A stretch of 64,000 bases of DNA from Pristiophorus japonicus (GCF_044704955.1 NC_091991.1:13950001-14014000); one strand, 5' to 3'. Shown: positions 49,601 to 59,233, counted from the first letter of the stretch. The notes: generated by a model not told the origin, from the letters alone. Translations and numbers: made by a program.

Positions 49601-52600
49601 ACCTCTCCCTATCTCTGTAACCTCCTCCAGCCCCGCACCCCTCCCTATCTCTAACCTACTCCAGCCTCTACGCCCCTCCCTATCTCTGTAACCTCCTCCA
49701 GCCCCTACACCCCTCCCTATCTCTGTAACCTCCTCAAGCCCCACACCCCTCCCTATCTCTTCATTCCTCCCACTCTGGCCTCGTATGCATCTCACATTCC
49801 CTTTGTCCCTTTGGTGGCCGTGCCTTCGGTCAGCTGGGCCCTAAGTTCTGGAATTCCCTCCCTAAACCCCTCCACTTCCATCCGCTTCTTCCAAGCCAAG
49901 ATTTTTGGTCACCCCTGCTAATATCTCCATGTGTGACTCGGTCAGTGTTTCGCTCCTGTGAAGCACCTTGGGGCGTTTTCCTAAGTTAAAGAATCCATAT
50001 CAATGCAAGTTGTTGTTAAACAGATTGTGCCGTGTTCAGGACAGTTTAAAGACACAGTGTAATATGACACTGTGCAACAGTAGCTGACACCCTCCATTAC
50101 CAAATGAAGCAAAATCCCAGGGTTCATTGAAAGGGTTACAATATTTATTACATTGCAACAGTGACTACACTTCAAAAGTGCTTCATTGGTTGTAAAGCCA
50201 TTTTGGGACTTCCTGAGGTCATAAAAGGTGCTATATAAATGCAAATCTTTATTACTCTCTCTAGCCTCCTCATGCCTCATCCAGTCTTATGCCAATATTA
50301 CTCTTTAATCATCTGCTACGGGGCACATTGCTGCAGCCTCCTGGTTACTGGCCCTCCCCCTCACCCACAGAGAAGTGTATGGTGTGGGTGAGACCTGCAT
50401 CTTGCTGTGTGTGGGATCACTTGTGTCCTTTCACACTGGTGCCCCGAATGGTCTTGCTGCCAGTTTGGGACTGAAGCTACGATCAAAAGCTTCCTTCAAA
50501 CTTTCCTGCCGTCGGTTTGTCCGGTGTTGACTGCAGCGGTTTATGTTCGTTCACCTTGGTTATCTACAGGTCAGTCATTCTGTACGACTGCCGGAGTCCG
50601 AAGGAGAACCATCGCAGCTGGAGGTTCAGTGGGGAAGTCGAGCGAGTGACGTGGAATCATTTTTCACCGTGTAACTTCCTGGTGAGCTTTATTCTGGTTG
50701 CCGGGAGGGGATTGTACGGGCAGCGACGTTGCGCAGTTTCTGAAGGAGTGATGTTGTTGAAAGTAAAAAGGATTGTTGGGATTGCACAGCCAAGAGTTTA
50801 TCGTTTTATATGTGTGGGACCAAGTTTGGGAGTGAATGCCAGTCGTAATAATGAAAGAATATTCATCATTAGTTATCGTTCACACTTCACGGCTTGGCTC
50901 GAAGTTAGTGTGTGTCTTGCTTTTCCAGGCCAGCACGGAGGATGGGTTTGTGTATTGTATGGATGCTCGGTCGGACAAACCACTTTTCACACTCAAAGCT
51001 CACGACGGCGAAGTAACGGGTAAGAAAGGCTTCATCAGCGGTCTGTGAGCTGTATCACAACTTTTAAACTGCACAGCAAGTTTCTCGTGCCTACTGATTC
51101 CCGTTTCAAAGCACAGCGTGACAGTGAAAGTTGCCCTCGCCCGACTTTCATCTTCACATCGCTCCTTGGACAAATATTTTGGGCGGAGATATTTTTTTAA
51201 TGATCTTCCGGAAACACAAACCTTTTATCTTTTTGGGTGATCGTGGTCAGTAACAGTGGATTCATGAGGGCCAGGTTCAGCAAACGCCTGTATTTAGCAA
51301 ATGTAATCTCACTGAAGATTAGAGGAAGAACAGTCCATTCATTATTCAGATTTTATAAAGAATCGAGCCTTGCATTTATCTAGTGCGGTCTCACATTTTA
51401 CAAAGACCCCACACAACCTCACGTGCAGTGAATGCTTAAAATCATACCACACAGGAGGAGGCCATTTGGCTCTTTGAAAGAGCTATCCAATTAGTCCCAC
51501 TCCCCCATAGCCACCAAATGTTTCCTCTTTCAAGCAGCATATTCCAGATCCCAACAACTCACTGCGGAAATGTATTCTCCTCATCTCCCCTCCGGTTCTT
51601 TTGCCAATTTTCTTACATCCGTTATGGATACTGCTGCCACTGGAAACAGTTTCTCCGTATTTACTCTATGAAAACCCTTCATGGTTTTGAACGTTCTATC
51701 AAACCTCCCTTTAAACGAAATTGCTCCAAGGCGAACAACTTTGAAGTGAAATGGAGTCACTGTTGTGCAGCTAAATCTGGTCGCGAATTGTAGCCCATCA
51801 ATCCAAGCAATGCACAATGATCTGGTGTTGGTCAAGGGAGGTCCGTTAAGACACTGGGTGGTCTCCCCCTCCTGCTCCTGTGCGTTCTCACACCTCCACC
51901 TGAGACTCAGACAGGCACACGGGGGCCTCTGCTTGGTTCTGCATCGCATCTGAAGGTCGGCATTTGTGACTGCAACAGTCCCTCAGTACTGCCCCTCCGA
52001 CAGTGCAGCACGCCCTCAGTGCTGCCCCTCCGATAGTGCAACGCTCTCTCAGTACTGTCCCTCCGACAGTGCAGCACTTCCTCAGTACTGCCCCTCCGAC
52101 TGTGCGGCTCTCCCTCAGTACTGCCCTTCCGACAGTGCAACAATCCCTTAGTAGTGTCCTCCCGACAGTGCAACACTCCCTCAGTACTACCTCTCCGACA
52201 GTGCAACACTCCCTCAGTACTGCCCTTCCGACAGTGCATCGCTCCCTCAGTACTGCCCCTCCGACAGTGCAACACTCCCTCAGTACTGCCCCTCCAATAG
52301 TGCAGCACTCCCTCAGTACTGCCCCTGTGGCAGTGCAGCACTCCCTCAGTACTGCCCCTCGGACAGTGCAGCGTCCCTCAGTACTGCCCCTCGGACAGTG
52401 CAGCACTCCCTCAGTATTGTACTGTGATGTCAGCCCAAGCCCTGGGCTCCCATTCTGTTATACAGATGTAAATGGTTCAGAGTTGGTGCTACTCGCCCCG
52501 AAATGGTCAAATGGAGATTTTGTGACTTAGCTCATCACCATTATTGCTTCCCGGCACAGATTTTCCCGAGTGCAGGGAGCACACTGGCGATGGGAATTTC

Positions 52601-55600
52601 CCCGCGGTTAAAGCCTCTAAATCAATTTGGTAAAACATGTATTTGATTTTTTTTTTCCTTAATTAGAAATTCCTCCCCTTTCTATATATTTCTGTTATTG
52701 CTTTACAATTGTGTTTCATTTTCCTCTGGAGCAAAGGCAGGTAAATGGGCTTAAGATGCAGATCAGCCATGATCTGATTGAATGACAGAACATGCTGGAG
52801 GGGCTGAATGCCTCCTCCTGTTCCTGGGTATTCCATTTCCCTCTGTTATTCTATGTCATTCCTCAATTACCGGTTATGTGAAAGCAGAGTTTGATGTGCT
52901 TAAACCATGAGCTGGAACTAACATGCTTTCTTTCAGGTTTGGAACTCAGCAGCCAAATCAAAGGCTGCCTGGTGACCTCATCTTCCGATAAATACGTGAA
53001 GATTTGGGATATTTGGGGGAACAAGCCTAGCTTGGTACACTCCAGGGATATGAAAATGGTAAGTGACGGAAACACTGAGAAATGGCAGTGAAGATAAGAA
53101 TCAATCGGATGTATTACTGGTAGTTGAGGTGCTGGGTGTGTCATTATTGTGTCAGCACGATATCCCATTACACTGGTCAGTGTGACATACTGCGGCTGCA
53201 CATTTAAGGTGATTGGCAGAAGGACCAACGGCAACGTGAGGGAAAACCTTTTTACGCAGCAAGTAGTCAGAATCTGGAAAGCACTGCCTGAAAGGATGGT
53301 GGAGGCAGACTCCATCGCAGCTTTCAAAAGGGAATTGGATAAGTACCTGAAGGAAAAAGATTTGCAGGGCTACGGGGAAAGGGCGGGGGAGTGGGACTAG
53401 CTGTGAGGTTCTCTTGCAGAGAGCCGGCACAGACTCGATGCGTGGAATTGCCTCCTTCTGTGCTGTAACCAGTCTATGATTCTATGATACTAGTGTGGCT
53501 GTTTGTCATTCCCAGTACAGTAAGCTCCCACTCTCTGCTCTTGGTGCGGGTTGTGAAGAAGGCTGAAACATTATTAACATTGCTTTTGCACAGGTTCATG
53601 GGGGCTTTCTGCTGGGGTGGGTGGAAGTGCAGAGTGAATGGTGAATTTGCTTTGTATGAATTGGAGCTGCAATTCCAGCCCCCGTGACCTTGCCCCATGT
53701 CTGTTTGCAGGGTGTTGTGTTCTGTGCCGTGTGTTGCCCAGACTCGCCGTTTCTCTATGCTTTTGGAGGACAGAAGGGAGGTTTGCGCACGTGGGACATC
53801 AGCAGTGTGTCTGCAGGTAATCACTCACACCGAGGCCCTCGGGGCCCCTCAATATTCGCAGCCCAATCTCCTAAAGTCAGAACGTTTAGTGCAGAATATT
53901 CTTCTTCAGTTATTTGACAATAGGTTCGAAGATGATTTTCTGTAGTTAGGAGAGTCAGTGACGGTGGGCCATTCATTGAAATTATCACCAAGGGAGTGAG
54001 GTTGGGGGAAAGTTCTTTACACAGAGGGTTTGTTGGCGTCTGGAATGTTTTGCCACAGGGAGCGGTGAGGCAGAAACCACTGTATCATTGAAGGGAAATT
54101 GGATAAATATTCGAATTAGAGGAAAATACAGGGCTGTTTGTGGGGAGAGAGCGGGCCTGTGGGATTAGTTTGGGATTGTTACAGGGCTATGGGGAGACAG
54201 TGGGGCAGTGAAATCAGTTTGGGATTGATGCAGGGCTATGGGGAGAAAGCGGGGCTGTGGGATTGATACAGGGCTGTGGGGAGAGAGCAGGGCAGTGGGA
54301 TTGATACAGGACTGTGGGGAGAGAGTGGGGCAGTGGGATTAGTGTGGGATTGATACAGGGCTGTGGGGAGAGAGCGGGGCAGTGGGATTAGTGTGGGATT
54401 GATACAGGACTGTGGGGAGAGAGCGGGGCAGTGGGATTAGTGTGGGATTAATACAGGGCTGTGGGGAGAGAGCGGGGCAGTGGGATTAGTGTGGGATTAA
54501 TACAGGGCTGTGGGGAGAGAGCGGGGCAGTGGGATTAGTGTGGGATTGATACAGGGTGATGGGGAGAGCGGGGCAGTGGGATTGATACAGGGCTATGGGA
54601 GAGCAGTGGGGTCAGTTTTAGTTTGTTCTTGCAGAGCCAGCACAAACACGATGGGCCGAATGGCCGCCTCTGCTGTAAACTTTGTTTCTATATATCACAT
54701 TTTTAAGGAAACTGCATCAATAAAGTAGCATTACTTAGAGAGTGTAATAATGCTTTTGATGGTAACAGATGAGGGAGGCTGCAACAGATCGGGTAGGGTG
54801 TTATCGTGTTAAATAAGGAGGAACTGTTTCCAGAAAAGTCAATAACCGGACGACACAGATTTAAGGTGGTTGGCAAAAGGATCAGAGGTAACACAAGGAA
54901 ACTTTTTTACACGGTGAGTTGTTGTGATCTGCAACGCGCTGCCTGAAAGGGTGGTGGGAGCAGATTCAATCGTAGCTTTCAAAGGGGAATTGGATAAATA
55001 CTGAAAGAGAAAAATGTTACAGGGCTGTGGGTAAAGAGCAGGGGCGTGGGAGTAATTGGATAGGTCTTTCAAAGAGTCAGCACAGGTCCGATGGGCCGAA
55101 TGGCCTCCTGTGACATTCTGTGGTATTGAAGGAAGTGCTTGTTCAGTTTCAGGGTTATTCAAAAACTTTTAGAATTCGTTGTGAAATTTCAGAGTAAGAT
55201 AAAGTGTGAAGCTTTAACTTCACAGTTGAACTTTTTTGAGAACTTTAGCATTTCAATTGCAACATGTAACAGTTGTGATTTTATTCAGACGGAACTCTTG
55301 GCCCCACCCAGATTCTAGATGCATCGAACATTAAAAATCTCGACAGCATCTGATGCTGCACACAAGTTCAGTGCTGAAGGGTTGGTTGTTAATTTGTGTT
55401 GGAAGATAGTTGTGTTTATTAAATTGACACAAAGGCCATTGTCCTGTCCATTTCCAAAAGACCTTCAATAAGGTCAAAGCATGCGGAGTCGGGACAAGTA
55501 TGGATATCAGAATGGATAGCTATTCACAGTGGCAGAAGGTGGGAAGTGGTGACTACAAGGATCAGTGCTGGGTCTACTGTTGTTCATAATTGATATTAAT

Positions 55601-56835
55601 GATTTAAACTTTGGAATCAAAAATACAATTTTTAAAAATTGTGGCCAGCACCAAATTGGGTGGGGGGATAGCCAATACTGAAGAGGACTGCAACAAATTA
55701 CAAGACATTAACAAACTTGAAGAATGGGCATATAAATGGCAAATGAATTTCAATACAGATAAGTAATTTCTTCTCTAATGGTTGTAAATCTGTGGAATTC
55801 TCTGCCCCAGAGAGATGTGAAGACAGGGTCATTGAATATATTAAGGTGGAGATAGACAGATTTTTGACCGATAAGGGAATAAAGGGTTATGGGGAGCTGA
55901 GTCCATGATCAAATCAGCCATGAACTTATTAAATGGCAGAGCAGGTTCGAAGGGCTAAATGGCCTACTCCTCCTATTTCTTAAGTTCTTATGTATACCCT
56001 CGCATTTCTAGTATACATATTAGGAAAGCATGAACAAGCTGGGTTTCTTTTCTCTTTTTAAAAAAAAAAAAGTCTGGGGGGGTGACCTAATAGATGTCTT
56101 TAAAATGATTGGTTTTGATAGAGTGGATACAGAGAGAATGTTTCCACTTGTGGGGAAGAGCACAACTAGAGGCCATCAATATAAGATAGTCACCAAGAAA
56201 TCCAATAAGGAATTCAGAAGAAACTTATTTGCCCAGAGTGTGGTGAGAATGTGGAATTCGCTACCACAGGGAGTGGTTGAAGAGAATAGTATCGATGCAT
56301 ATAAGGGGAGACTAGACAAGCATATGAGGGAGAAGGGAATAGAGGGTTATGCTGATAGGTTTAGGTGAGGAAAGATGGGAGGAGGCTCGAGTGGAGCCTA
56401 AGCACCGGCATGGACTGGTTGGGCCGAATAGCCTGTTTCTGTGCCGTATATCCGATGTAATCCTCTGTAAGGTGTTTGTTTCTGAGGAAGTGGCATTTGT
56501 AAATGTTCAGTATCTGCATTGGCTGCGGTTCAGAACTGCAAATGCTTTGGGGCAGAATTCTGTGATCTTATTCACCCTGCTGTCCTGTCCGCTCTCCTCA
56601 TTTGTTTCCGTTCATAAGCTGACTCCGGTTGACGTGTGCAAAGTGTTTCTTTGTAGTAGAGTTTTTAAACACATGGAAGTTTAACTACCCTTTTTCTTGT
56701 TTGCGCTCCTGTGATGTTTTCTCAGTGAACACGGCATTTGGAGCTCGCGAAAGATTACAGGTGGCTGCACCCTGGAGTTCATCGGTTACTGGCCCAGTGG
56801 CTAGCAGCATGACAGAGAATGCAATGGAGTCGTAG
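4056..56835 (+). CDS. PWP1: PWP1 (periodic tryptophan protein 1 homolog, WD40 repeat), full 15-exon gene span, ~500 aa; exons listed individually below
   Basis: Fifteen GT-AG-bounded exons with consistent phases join into a protein matching vertebrate PWP1 motifs ([79 protein letters not shown]-terminal MES*). Exon sum is 1503 nt. Only the intron-2 donor is hidden, by the N gap. Confidence 0.96.
4726..4785 (+). CDS. PWP1: PWP1 exon 2 ([20 protein letters not shown]); 3' end abuts the N gap, so it is uncertain by 1 nt
   Basis: Acceptor ctctgttctag|; matches PWP1 VELSKEEVKRLIAEAKE. Confidence 0.85.
4786..4985. other. Assembly gap (200 N) in PWP1 intron 2
   Basis: Run of exactly 200 N; the true length is unknown. 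Confidence 0.99.
5058..5241 (+). CDS. PWP1: PWP1 exon 3 (acidic region ...[17 protein letters not shown])
   Basis: Acceptor tttgtttccag|; donor G|gtgagg, phase 1, fits exon 4. Confidence 0.85.
5640..6375 (+). mobile_element. DeuSINE with internal 33-bp minisatellite expansion (5640-6060)
   Basis: About 12 copies of gcagtgctgagggagcgctgcactgtcggaggg run straight into the Deu core (gtctttcgaatgagatgttaaacc...cccatggcactattt) and the SINE tail. Confidence 0.85.
6724..6809 (+). CDS. PWP1: PWP1 exon 4 ([28 protein letters not shown])
   Basis: cag| ... |gtgagt, 86 nt, conserved GLTVY..N..DPYVTLK. Confidence 0.95.
7105..7748 (+). repeat. GC-rich minisatellite, ~44-50-bp variable units
   Basis: About 14 copies of ctatcctcacccccgggggtcccacaccctgcgg(cacgg)cccacagtcg. 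Confidence 0.93.
8479..8575 (+). CDS. PWP1: PWP1 exon 5 ([32 protein letters not shown])
   Basis: tag| ... |gtgag, 97 nt. Confidence 0.95.
9000..9410 (+). repeat. G-rich low-complexity / degenerate tandem repeat
   Basis: Long G runs with recurring tgtgatgtagattgcggtg and cctgtgctgtagagt motifs. Confidence 0.8.
9479..9589 (+). CDS. PWP1: PWP1 exon 6 ([36 protein letters not shown])
   Basis: ttcttccag| ... |gtaggt, 111 nt. Confidence 0.96.
10500..10965 (+). repeat. G-rich ~25-30-bp minisatellite
   Basis: Repeated gggggtctgtacctgtgatgt(g)n. Confidence 0.88.
12084..12211 (+). CDS. PWP1: PWP1 exon 7 ([42 protein letters not shown]), with a basic NLS-like tract
   Basis: tctctctag| ... |gtattg, 128 nt. 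Confidence 0.96.
12268..12745 (-). mobile_element. CR1 LINE 3' end
   Basis: [13 protein letters not shown]...TRGHSLRI...[16 protein letters not shown]; (acataaga)n tail. Confidence 0.9.
12775..13112 (+). mobile_element. CR1 LINE 3' end, second subfamily (near-identical to 56140-56470)
   Basis: tttccacttgtggggaagagc..actagaggccatcaatataagatagtcacc...gtgccgtatatccgatgtaat. Confidence 0.85.
13508..13578 (+). CDS. PWP1: PWP1 exon 8 ([23 protein letters not shown])
   Basis: tttcag| ... |gtaaga, 71 nt, WD40 GH...W motif. Confidence 0.95.
13660..14025 (+). repeat. C-rich degenerate minisatellite
   Basis: Recurring cactggccccctgt plus C runs. Confidence 0.75.
14230..14262 (+). promoter_or_regulatory. 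Putative CTCF site (core plus upstream module)
   Basis: TGCCACCAGATGGTGCTG closely matches the CTCF core CCASYAGRKGGCRS; TGCAG upstream module starts 17 nt before CCAC. Confidence 0.55.
14637..14733 (+). CDS. PWP1: PWP1 exon 9 ([32 protein letters not shown])
   Basis: ctag| ... |gtaagc, 97 nt. Confidence 0.96.
14955..15215 (+). mobile_element. L2-clade LINE 3' fragment
   Basis: ccaccattggcggccatgccttcagctgcctgggccctaagctctggaattccctccc...gctatataaatgcaag. Confidence 0.8.
15548..16636 (-). CDS. C1QTNF4: C1q/TNF-related protein 4-like (CTRP4-like), 362 aa: signal peptide plus two tandem gC1q domains, no collagen stalk; nested antisense in PWP1 intron 9
   Basis: Hydrophobic N-terminus [15 protein letters not shown]. 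Two copies of SAFS..RT...AVTFD...NIG..F....G...[14 protein letters not shown]4-typical [19 protein letters not shown] and [18 protein letters not shown]. Splice acceptor tctcttttcag| 6 nt upstream of the ATG. Ortholog versus paralog status is unresolved. Confidence 0.93.
   Translation of the reverse strand: MAFLRFVLLIGALESLSRRAVPAVIGYSSSLNDQSAFSAVRTSSMLGGLQKAVTFDKLLVNIGNDFRPDTGRLVCRIPGAYYFAFTVGKYPKKMLSVMLMKNGHEVQATAFDEDRHKNRKVQSQSLMLKLGIGDSVWLLLHGSSKYALYSNAGPYTTFTGYLVYAELSPYWLANSLPSIPTTSNCSHSTAKPKANRCSVSRQTAPQPADTLRSAFSVARTRSLLGESTETLQHQAVTFDVEYINIGKHFNKLSGFFTCQIPGAYYFAFNVGKHPFKAISVKLMKNLSEVQAMIFDEDDSGRREMQSQSVMLWLGTGDRVWLYSQQHQRFALYSNHGKYVTFTGFLVYPDTNILKSRGSTRPC
16860..17450 (-). mobile_element. 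CR1 LINE 3' fragment
   Basis: [12 protein letters not shown] and [23 protein letters not shown]. Confidence 0.85.
17450..18500 (+). mobile_element. CR1/L2-superfamily LINE RT 3' part (distinct family with A-rich tail)
   Basis: GVPQG.VLGP..F..FINDL and MFAD motif DNA; tail cacggactg..gcggttcaagaaggcggctcaccaccaccttctc...catgaacgaataaaaaa. Confidence 0.8.
18500..19840 (-). mobile_element. CR1 RT fragments, with a younger CR1 3' end (19050-19775) inserted
   Basis: [29 protein letters not shown] and YLDFQKAF motifs. Confidence 0.85.
21018..23080 (-). mobile_element. Young 5'-truncated CR1 LINE with an uninterrupted 552-aa ORF2 portion (complete RT domain)
   Basis: ORF 22768-21110: [46 protein letters not shown], through LWNSLP; (tttctatg)n tail. 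Confidence 0.96.
24735..25118 (+). mobile_element. SINE with a tRNA-like head, sharing its 3' tail with the 17.45-18.5 kb LINE family
   Basis: B-box-like gagttccaatccc; ends gcagcggttcaag...gggcaactagggatgggcaataaatgcc...cgcccacat. Confidence 0.65.
25826..30650 (-). mobile_element. Near full-length degenerate RTE-clade LINE, interrupted by CR1 insertions
   Basis: APE motifs ([16 protein letters not shown]), [44 protein letters not shown]; (gat)n tail near 25830. Confidence 0.92.
27278..28352 (-). mobile_element. CR1 3' ~1.07 kb inserted within the RTE
   Basis: [24 protein letters not shown]; splits the RTE peptide KVIARIL / [15 protein letters not shown]. Confidence 0.9.
31587..31651. repeat. 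(CT)n/(GA)n microsatellite
   Basis: About 32 perfect dinucleotide units. Confidence 0.97.
32590..34170 (-). mobile_element. CR1 LINE RT fragment, degenerate
   Basis: [38 protein letters not shown]. Confidence 0.9.
36065..36305 (+). repeat. 30-bp minisatellite
   Basis: About 8 copies of caactcccgaccgatcccagtatcccacgg. Confidence 0.9.
37490..40012 (-). mobile_element. CR1 LINE (~2.5 kb, end of endonuclease through 3' tail) inserted into the tail of another LINE (37345-37490 and 40013-40065)
   Basis: ORFs 40124-39612 and 39537-38608; host sequence ggatgggcca|...|attaaatgccggccttgccagc rejoins across the insert. Confidence 0.9.
40850..41740 (+). mobile_element. CR1 RT fragment
   Basis: [35 protein letters not shown]. 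Confidence 0.85.
41745..42245 (+). mobile_element. Short RTE-related element with a ~27-bp tandem repeat at its 5' end
   Basis: Repeated tggcggaggag.ggcga.agatcgtgg; ends ggaagcaagtcatcctcgttcgagggactgcc, like the RTE 3' ends at ~44560 and ~62160. Confidence 0.55.
42640..48505 (+). mobile_element. Nested cluster: older CR1 interrupted by an RTE 3' fragment (43547-44589) and a ~3-kb younger CR1 (44666-47640)
   Basis: Host RT reads ..VVYI | [18 protein letters not shown] | ESCGLQEDI across the inserts; the RTE carries DHFPYLGS and MPDTRLPKQ with a (gat)n tail; the inner CR1 runs from LYLNASSI (APE) to a ttcttatg tail. Confidence 0.9.
48595..49200 (+). mobile_element. L2-clade LINE 3' fragment
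   Basis: [46 protein letters not shown]. Confidence 0.88.
49249..49310 (+). CDS. PWP1: PWP1 exon 10 ([20 protein letters not shown])
   Basis: cttttcctttcag| ... |gtgaga, 62 nt. Confidence 0.95.
49440..50017 (+). mobile_element. L2 3' fragment with an internal ~36-38-bp tandem expansion (49455-49760)
   Basis: Unit ccctccctatctctgtaacctcctccagcccctaca equals the single-copy L2 segment at 48855-48895. Confidence 0.8.
50570..50681 (+). CDS. PWP1: PWP1 exon 11 ([37 protein letters not shown])
   Basis: ctacag| ... |gtgagc, 112 nt. Confidence 0.96.
50929..51019 (+). CDS. PWP1: PWP1 exon 12 ([30 protein letters not shown])
   Basis: ttttccag| ... |gtaaga, 91 nt. Confidence 0.96.
51890..52450 (-). 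mobile_element. DeuSINE fragment with a 33-bp minisatellite expansion (51975-52420)
   Basis: About 13 copies of ccctcagtactgcccctccgacagtgcagcact, the reverse complement of the 5640 array, flanked by degenerate Deu-core sequence. Confidence 0.82.
52937..53058 (+). CDS. PWP1: PWP1 exon 13 ([40 protein letters not shown])
   Basis: tttctttcag| ... |gtaagt, 122 nt. Confidence 0.96.
53195..53490 (+). mobile_element. CR1 3' end
   Basis: [17 protein letters not shown]...FKRELDKYL...[11 protein letters not shown]; ttctatga tail. Confidence 0.85.
53711..53816 (+). CDS. PWP1: PWP1 exon 14 ([35 protein letters not shown])
   Basis: tttgcag| ... |gtaatc, 106 nt. Confidence 0.96.
53980..54690 (+). repeat. 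CR1 3' end with an internal tandem expansion of its cagggctgtggggagagagcggggcagtgggattag segment (54125-54615)
   Basis: About 10-11 units of 37-49 bp between the CR1 ORF2 end and its 3' UTR. Confidence 0.82.
54760..56470 (+). mobile_element. Several CR1 fragments in PWP1 intron 14
   Basis: 3' ends at 54760-55125, 55765-55990 and 56000-56470; RT piece at 55430-55765. Confidence 0.8.
56726..56835 (+). CDS. PWP1: PWP1 exon 15, coding part ([12 protein letters not shown]...TENAMES*)
   Basis: ttttctcag|; ends MES-TAG like vertebrate PWP1. Confidence 0.93.
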
Positions 56836-57033
56836 TCTGAGCGATGCCGACACTTCCAGCATTGGCAGATATTTATCTAAAACTTTTCAACTCTTCCTGC
56901 TAAGTTGTGGATGGACTTGGAATGTATTGATTATAAAGAGCAAAGAGAATGATGAATGTGAATTTTTTGAAGTTCTATAACATTATATAAATTACTGAGC
57001 AGGTATCCTGCCTCGTGTAACATTCTACTTCAC

Positions 57034-57039
57034 AATAAA
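57034..57039 (+). terminator. PWP1 polyadenylation signal (AATAAA)
   Basis: Canonical hexamer about 200 nt after the stop codon, followed by GT/T-rich sequence. Confidence 0.7.
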
Positions 57040-57554
57040 GTGGCCCGATACTTATTCCTGTGTGAGTGATTTTTGCAGCTTCACAGTCAGTGAGTAACGG
57101 GAAGGTTCTTGTGCCGGACGGTTGTAAGGAATCTCTCATCAATGCTTTCTATCGGCGAGAAGAAACTGCGGTCCGCCAGCAGTTCACAGACTTGTTGCCT
57201 GGGCCCTTCAGCTCTACACACTGAGAGAATGTATAATCACAACTTGCATACAGACATATTCTGTTTGTTACTGCACACAGAGCACCTACACTTTTATAAT
57301 CAAACATTTTTATTAATGTTTCTTGCATTATATAAATGGGAAAAGTGGAGATTATTAGATCAAAGAAAATGGACAACTCACCTGAGCAGCTTCGGAGAGC
57401 CAGCAATACATGAGGGCTCCTGGTGTTGGGAAATGGGAAGAATGGAGGCTCCTGTCCCCGAAAGGGCAGAGTTGGACCATTGTGTGTGTGTGTGTGTGTG
57501 TATATACTCCCTGATGCACTTCAAGTCCCACCTCCTATCGTCACAATCTTTGGT

Positions 57555-58545
57555 CATCTTTTATAAATCGCTGGTTAGGCCCCAGCTGGAGTATCGTGTC
57601 CAATTCTGTGCCCTGCACTTTAGGAAGGGTGTCAAGGCCTCGGAGAGGGTGTGGGAGGGATTGACTGGAATGGTTCTAAGGATTAGGGACTTGAGTTATG
57701 TAGAGAAGTGGGAGTTCTCCTTAGAGCAGAGAAGGTTATGGGGCGATTTAATAGAGATGTTCAAAATTCTGAGGGGATTTGATAGAGTAAATAAGGAGAA
57801 ACTTTCCAGTGGCAGAAGGGTCAGTAACCAGAGGACACAGATTTAAGATAATTGGCAAAATATTGGGGGGGGGGGGGGGGAGGGGATGAGAATCGTAGAT
57901 TGGTTTTCTGTGCTGTAACCATTCTGAGATTTTTTTTTACGCAGCGAGTTGTTGCGGGGGAGCCAATTTAAAACCGAGTTGAGAAGGAATTTCTTCTCCC
58001 AGAGGGTTGTGAATCTGTGGAATTCTCTGCCCAAGGAAGCAGTTGAGGCTTGCTCATTGAATGTATTCAAATCACAGATAGATTTTTAACCAATAAGGGA
58101 ATTAAGGGTTATGGGGAGCGGGGCGGGTAAGTGGAGCTGAGTCCACGGCCAGATCAGCCATGATCTTGTTGAATGGCGGAGCAGGCTCGAGGGGCTAGAT
58201 GGCCTACTCCTGTTCCTAATTCTTATGTTATGTTGTGATCTGAAATGCGCTGCCTGAAAGGGCGGTGGAAGCAGATTCAATAGTGACTTTCAAAAGGAAA
58301 AGATAAAACAACCTCTTTAATAAAGCTTTTGGTTACCTGTCCTAATATCTCGTGCATTTGATAACGTGCCTGTAAAGCACCTTGGGATGTTTTACTACTT
58401 TGAAGGCGCTATATAAATGCTGCTGCTTGTTGCTGAGACATTTGTAGGGCTATGGGGATAGAGCAGGATGAGTGGGTCTAATTGGATTGCTCTTTCAAAG
58501 AGTCAGTACAATGGGCCGAATAGTCTTCTGTGCTGTAAGATTCTA
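57555..58545 (+). mobile_element. CR1 3' fragments, including a young 3' end (57955-58232) and an L2 tail (58310-58430)
   Basis: LVRPQLEYRVQF, RRLWGDLIEMFK; 57955-58232 is almost identical to 47360-47640. Confidence 0.82.
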
Positions 58546-58989
58546 GATAAACATTTAGAATGGGAAATTTGTATGTAAACAGTTGCTGTCACAATGTACT
58601 TTAAGGCTCATCACCAAATGGCGCCAGCTTGTGTGTTTCGGAAGTATCTCCAAACTCCATGCCCAACTTCTGTACGCGCTCGTCTCTCCTTCAGCACCTC
58701 GTTGTAGACAAAGATCGCAAAGTGCTTCCGACATGTAACAAAAAAAGGGACATCAAGGCCAAGAGAGATTGGGAGCAACCGAAAACTTGGTCAAGAGGTG
58801 GGCTTGAAGGAGGAGTGGGAGGGGATTTCAGTGCGTGGGGCCAGGTAGCTGAAGGCATTGGTGGGTATGTGTGCGCAGACAACACAAAGAGTGATCATGA
58901 GTAAATGTGGCGTGGACTGTTAAGTGACTTCAGGAAACCATCTAGGATCCAAAATAGATAGAGTGAGAGCGGACGCGACGCAAGGTAAC

Positions 58990-59060
58990 GCGCTGTATTG
59001 GCCCTTCCTCTGACGTGATGAGATAAATGTGCATCACATTATCTGTAAACAATGAACAAG
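58990..59060 (+). promoter_or_regulatory. Putative promoter of the TMEM86-like gene
   Basis: Clustered ATTGG (CCAAT box, 58997), TGACGTGA (CRE-like, 59011), AGATAA (GATA, 59021) and TGTAAACAA (FOX, 59044), about 170-220 nt upstream of the candidate ATG. Confidence 0.4.
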
Positions 59061-59218
59061 TTACGTTTTAACTAATTCAAAATCTAACCTTAAAGCTCGC
59101 TGACCATCACAAGTCATGAGTTACTGGTGTTACATCTTTATCACTGTTACTATGGAAACTGTTCTTTCGGCGTTGACCTGTGAACTGGGATAAAGGGAAG
59201 AGTTGCGACCCGTACATC

Positions 59219-59233
59219 ATGGGACATTTCAAG
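59219..59233 (+). CDS. TMEM86-like candidate exon 1, coding part (MGHFK)
   Basis: Strong Kozak atcATGG followed by AAG|gtgact, a phase-0 donor that fits the phase-0 acceptor at 60751; MGHFK-LVFPF aligns with TMEM86A GPK-LVPFF. Confidence 0.55.

Noticed and set aside
4122-56725. Intronic snoRNAs, expected in some ribosome-biogenesis host genes
   Set aside because: I could not identify a convincing C/D or H/ACA box pair with terminal stems by eye; an Infernal/Rfam scan is needed to exclude them.
57109-57846. 245-aa ORF downstream of PWP1
   Set aside because: Chance fusion of unique sequence, a (TG)n tract and a decayed CR1 RT C-terminus.
58960-58990. Alternative coding exon 1 for the TMEM86-like gene ending at AAG|gtaacg (58984)
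   Set aside because: In-frame TGA just upstream and no ATG in phase 0; it could only be a non-coding exon.
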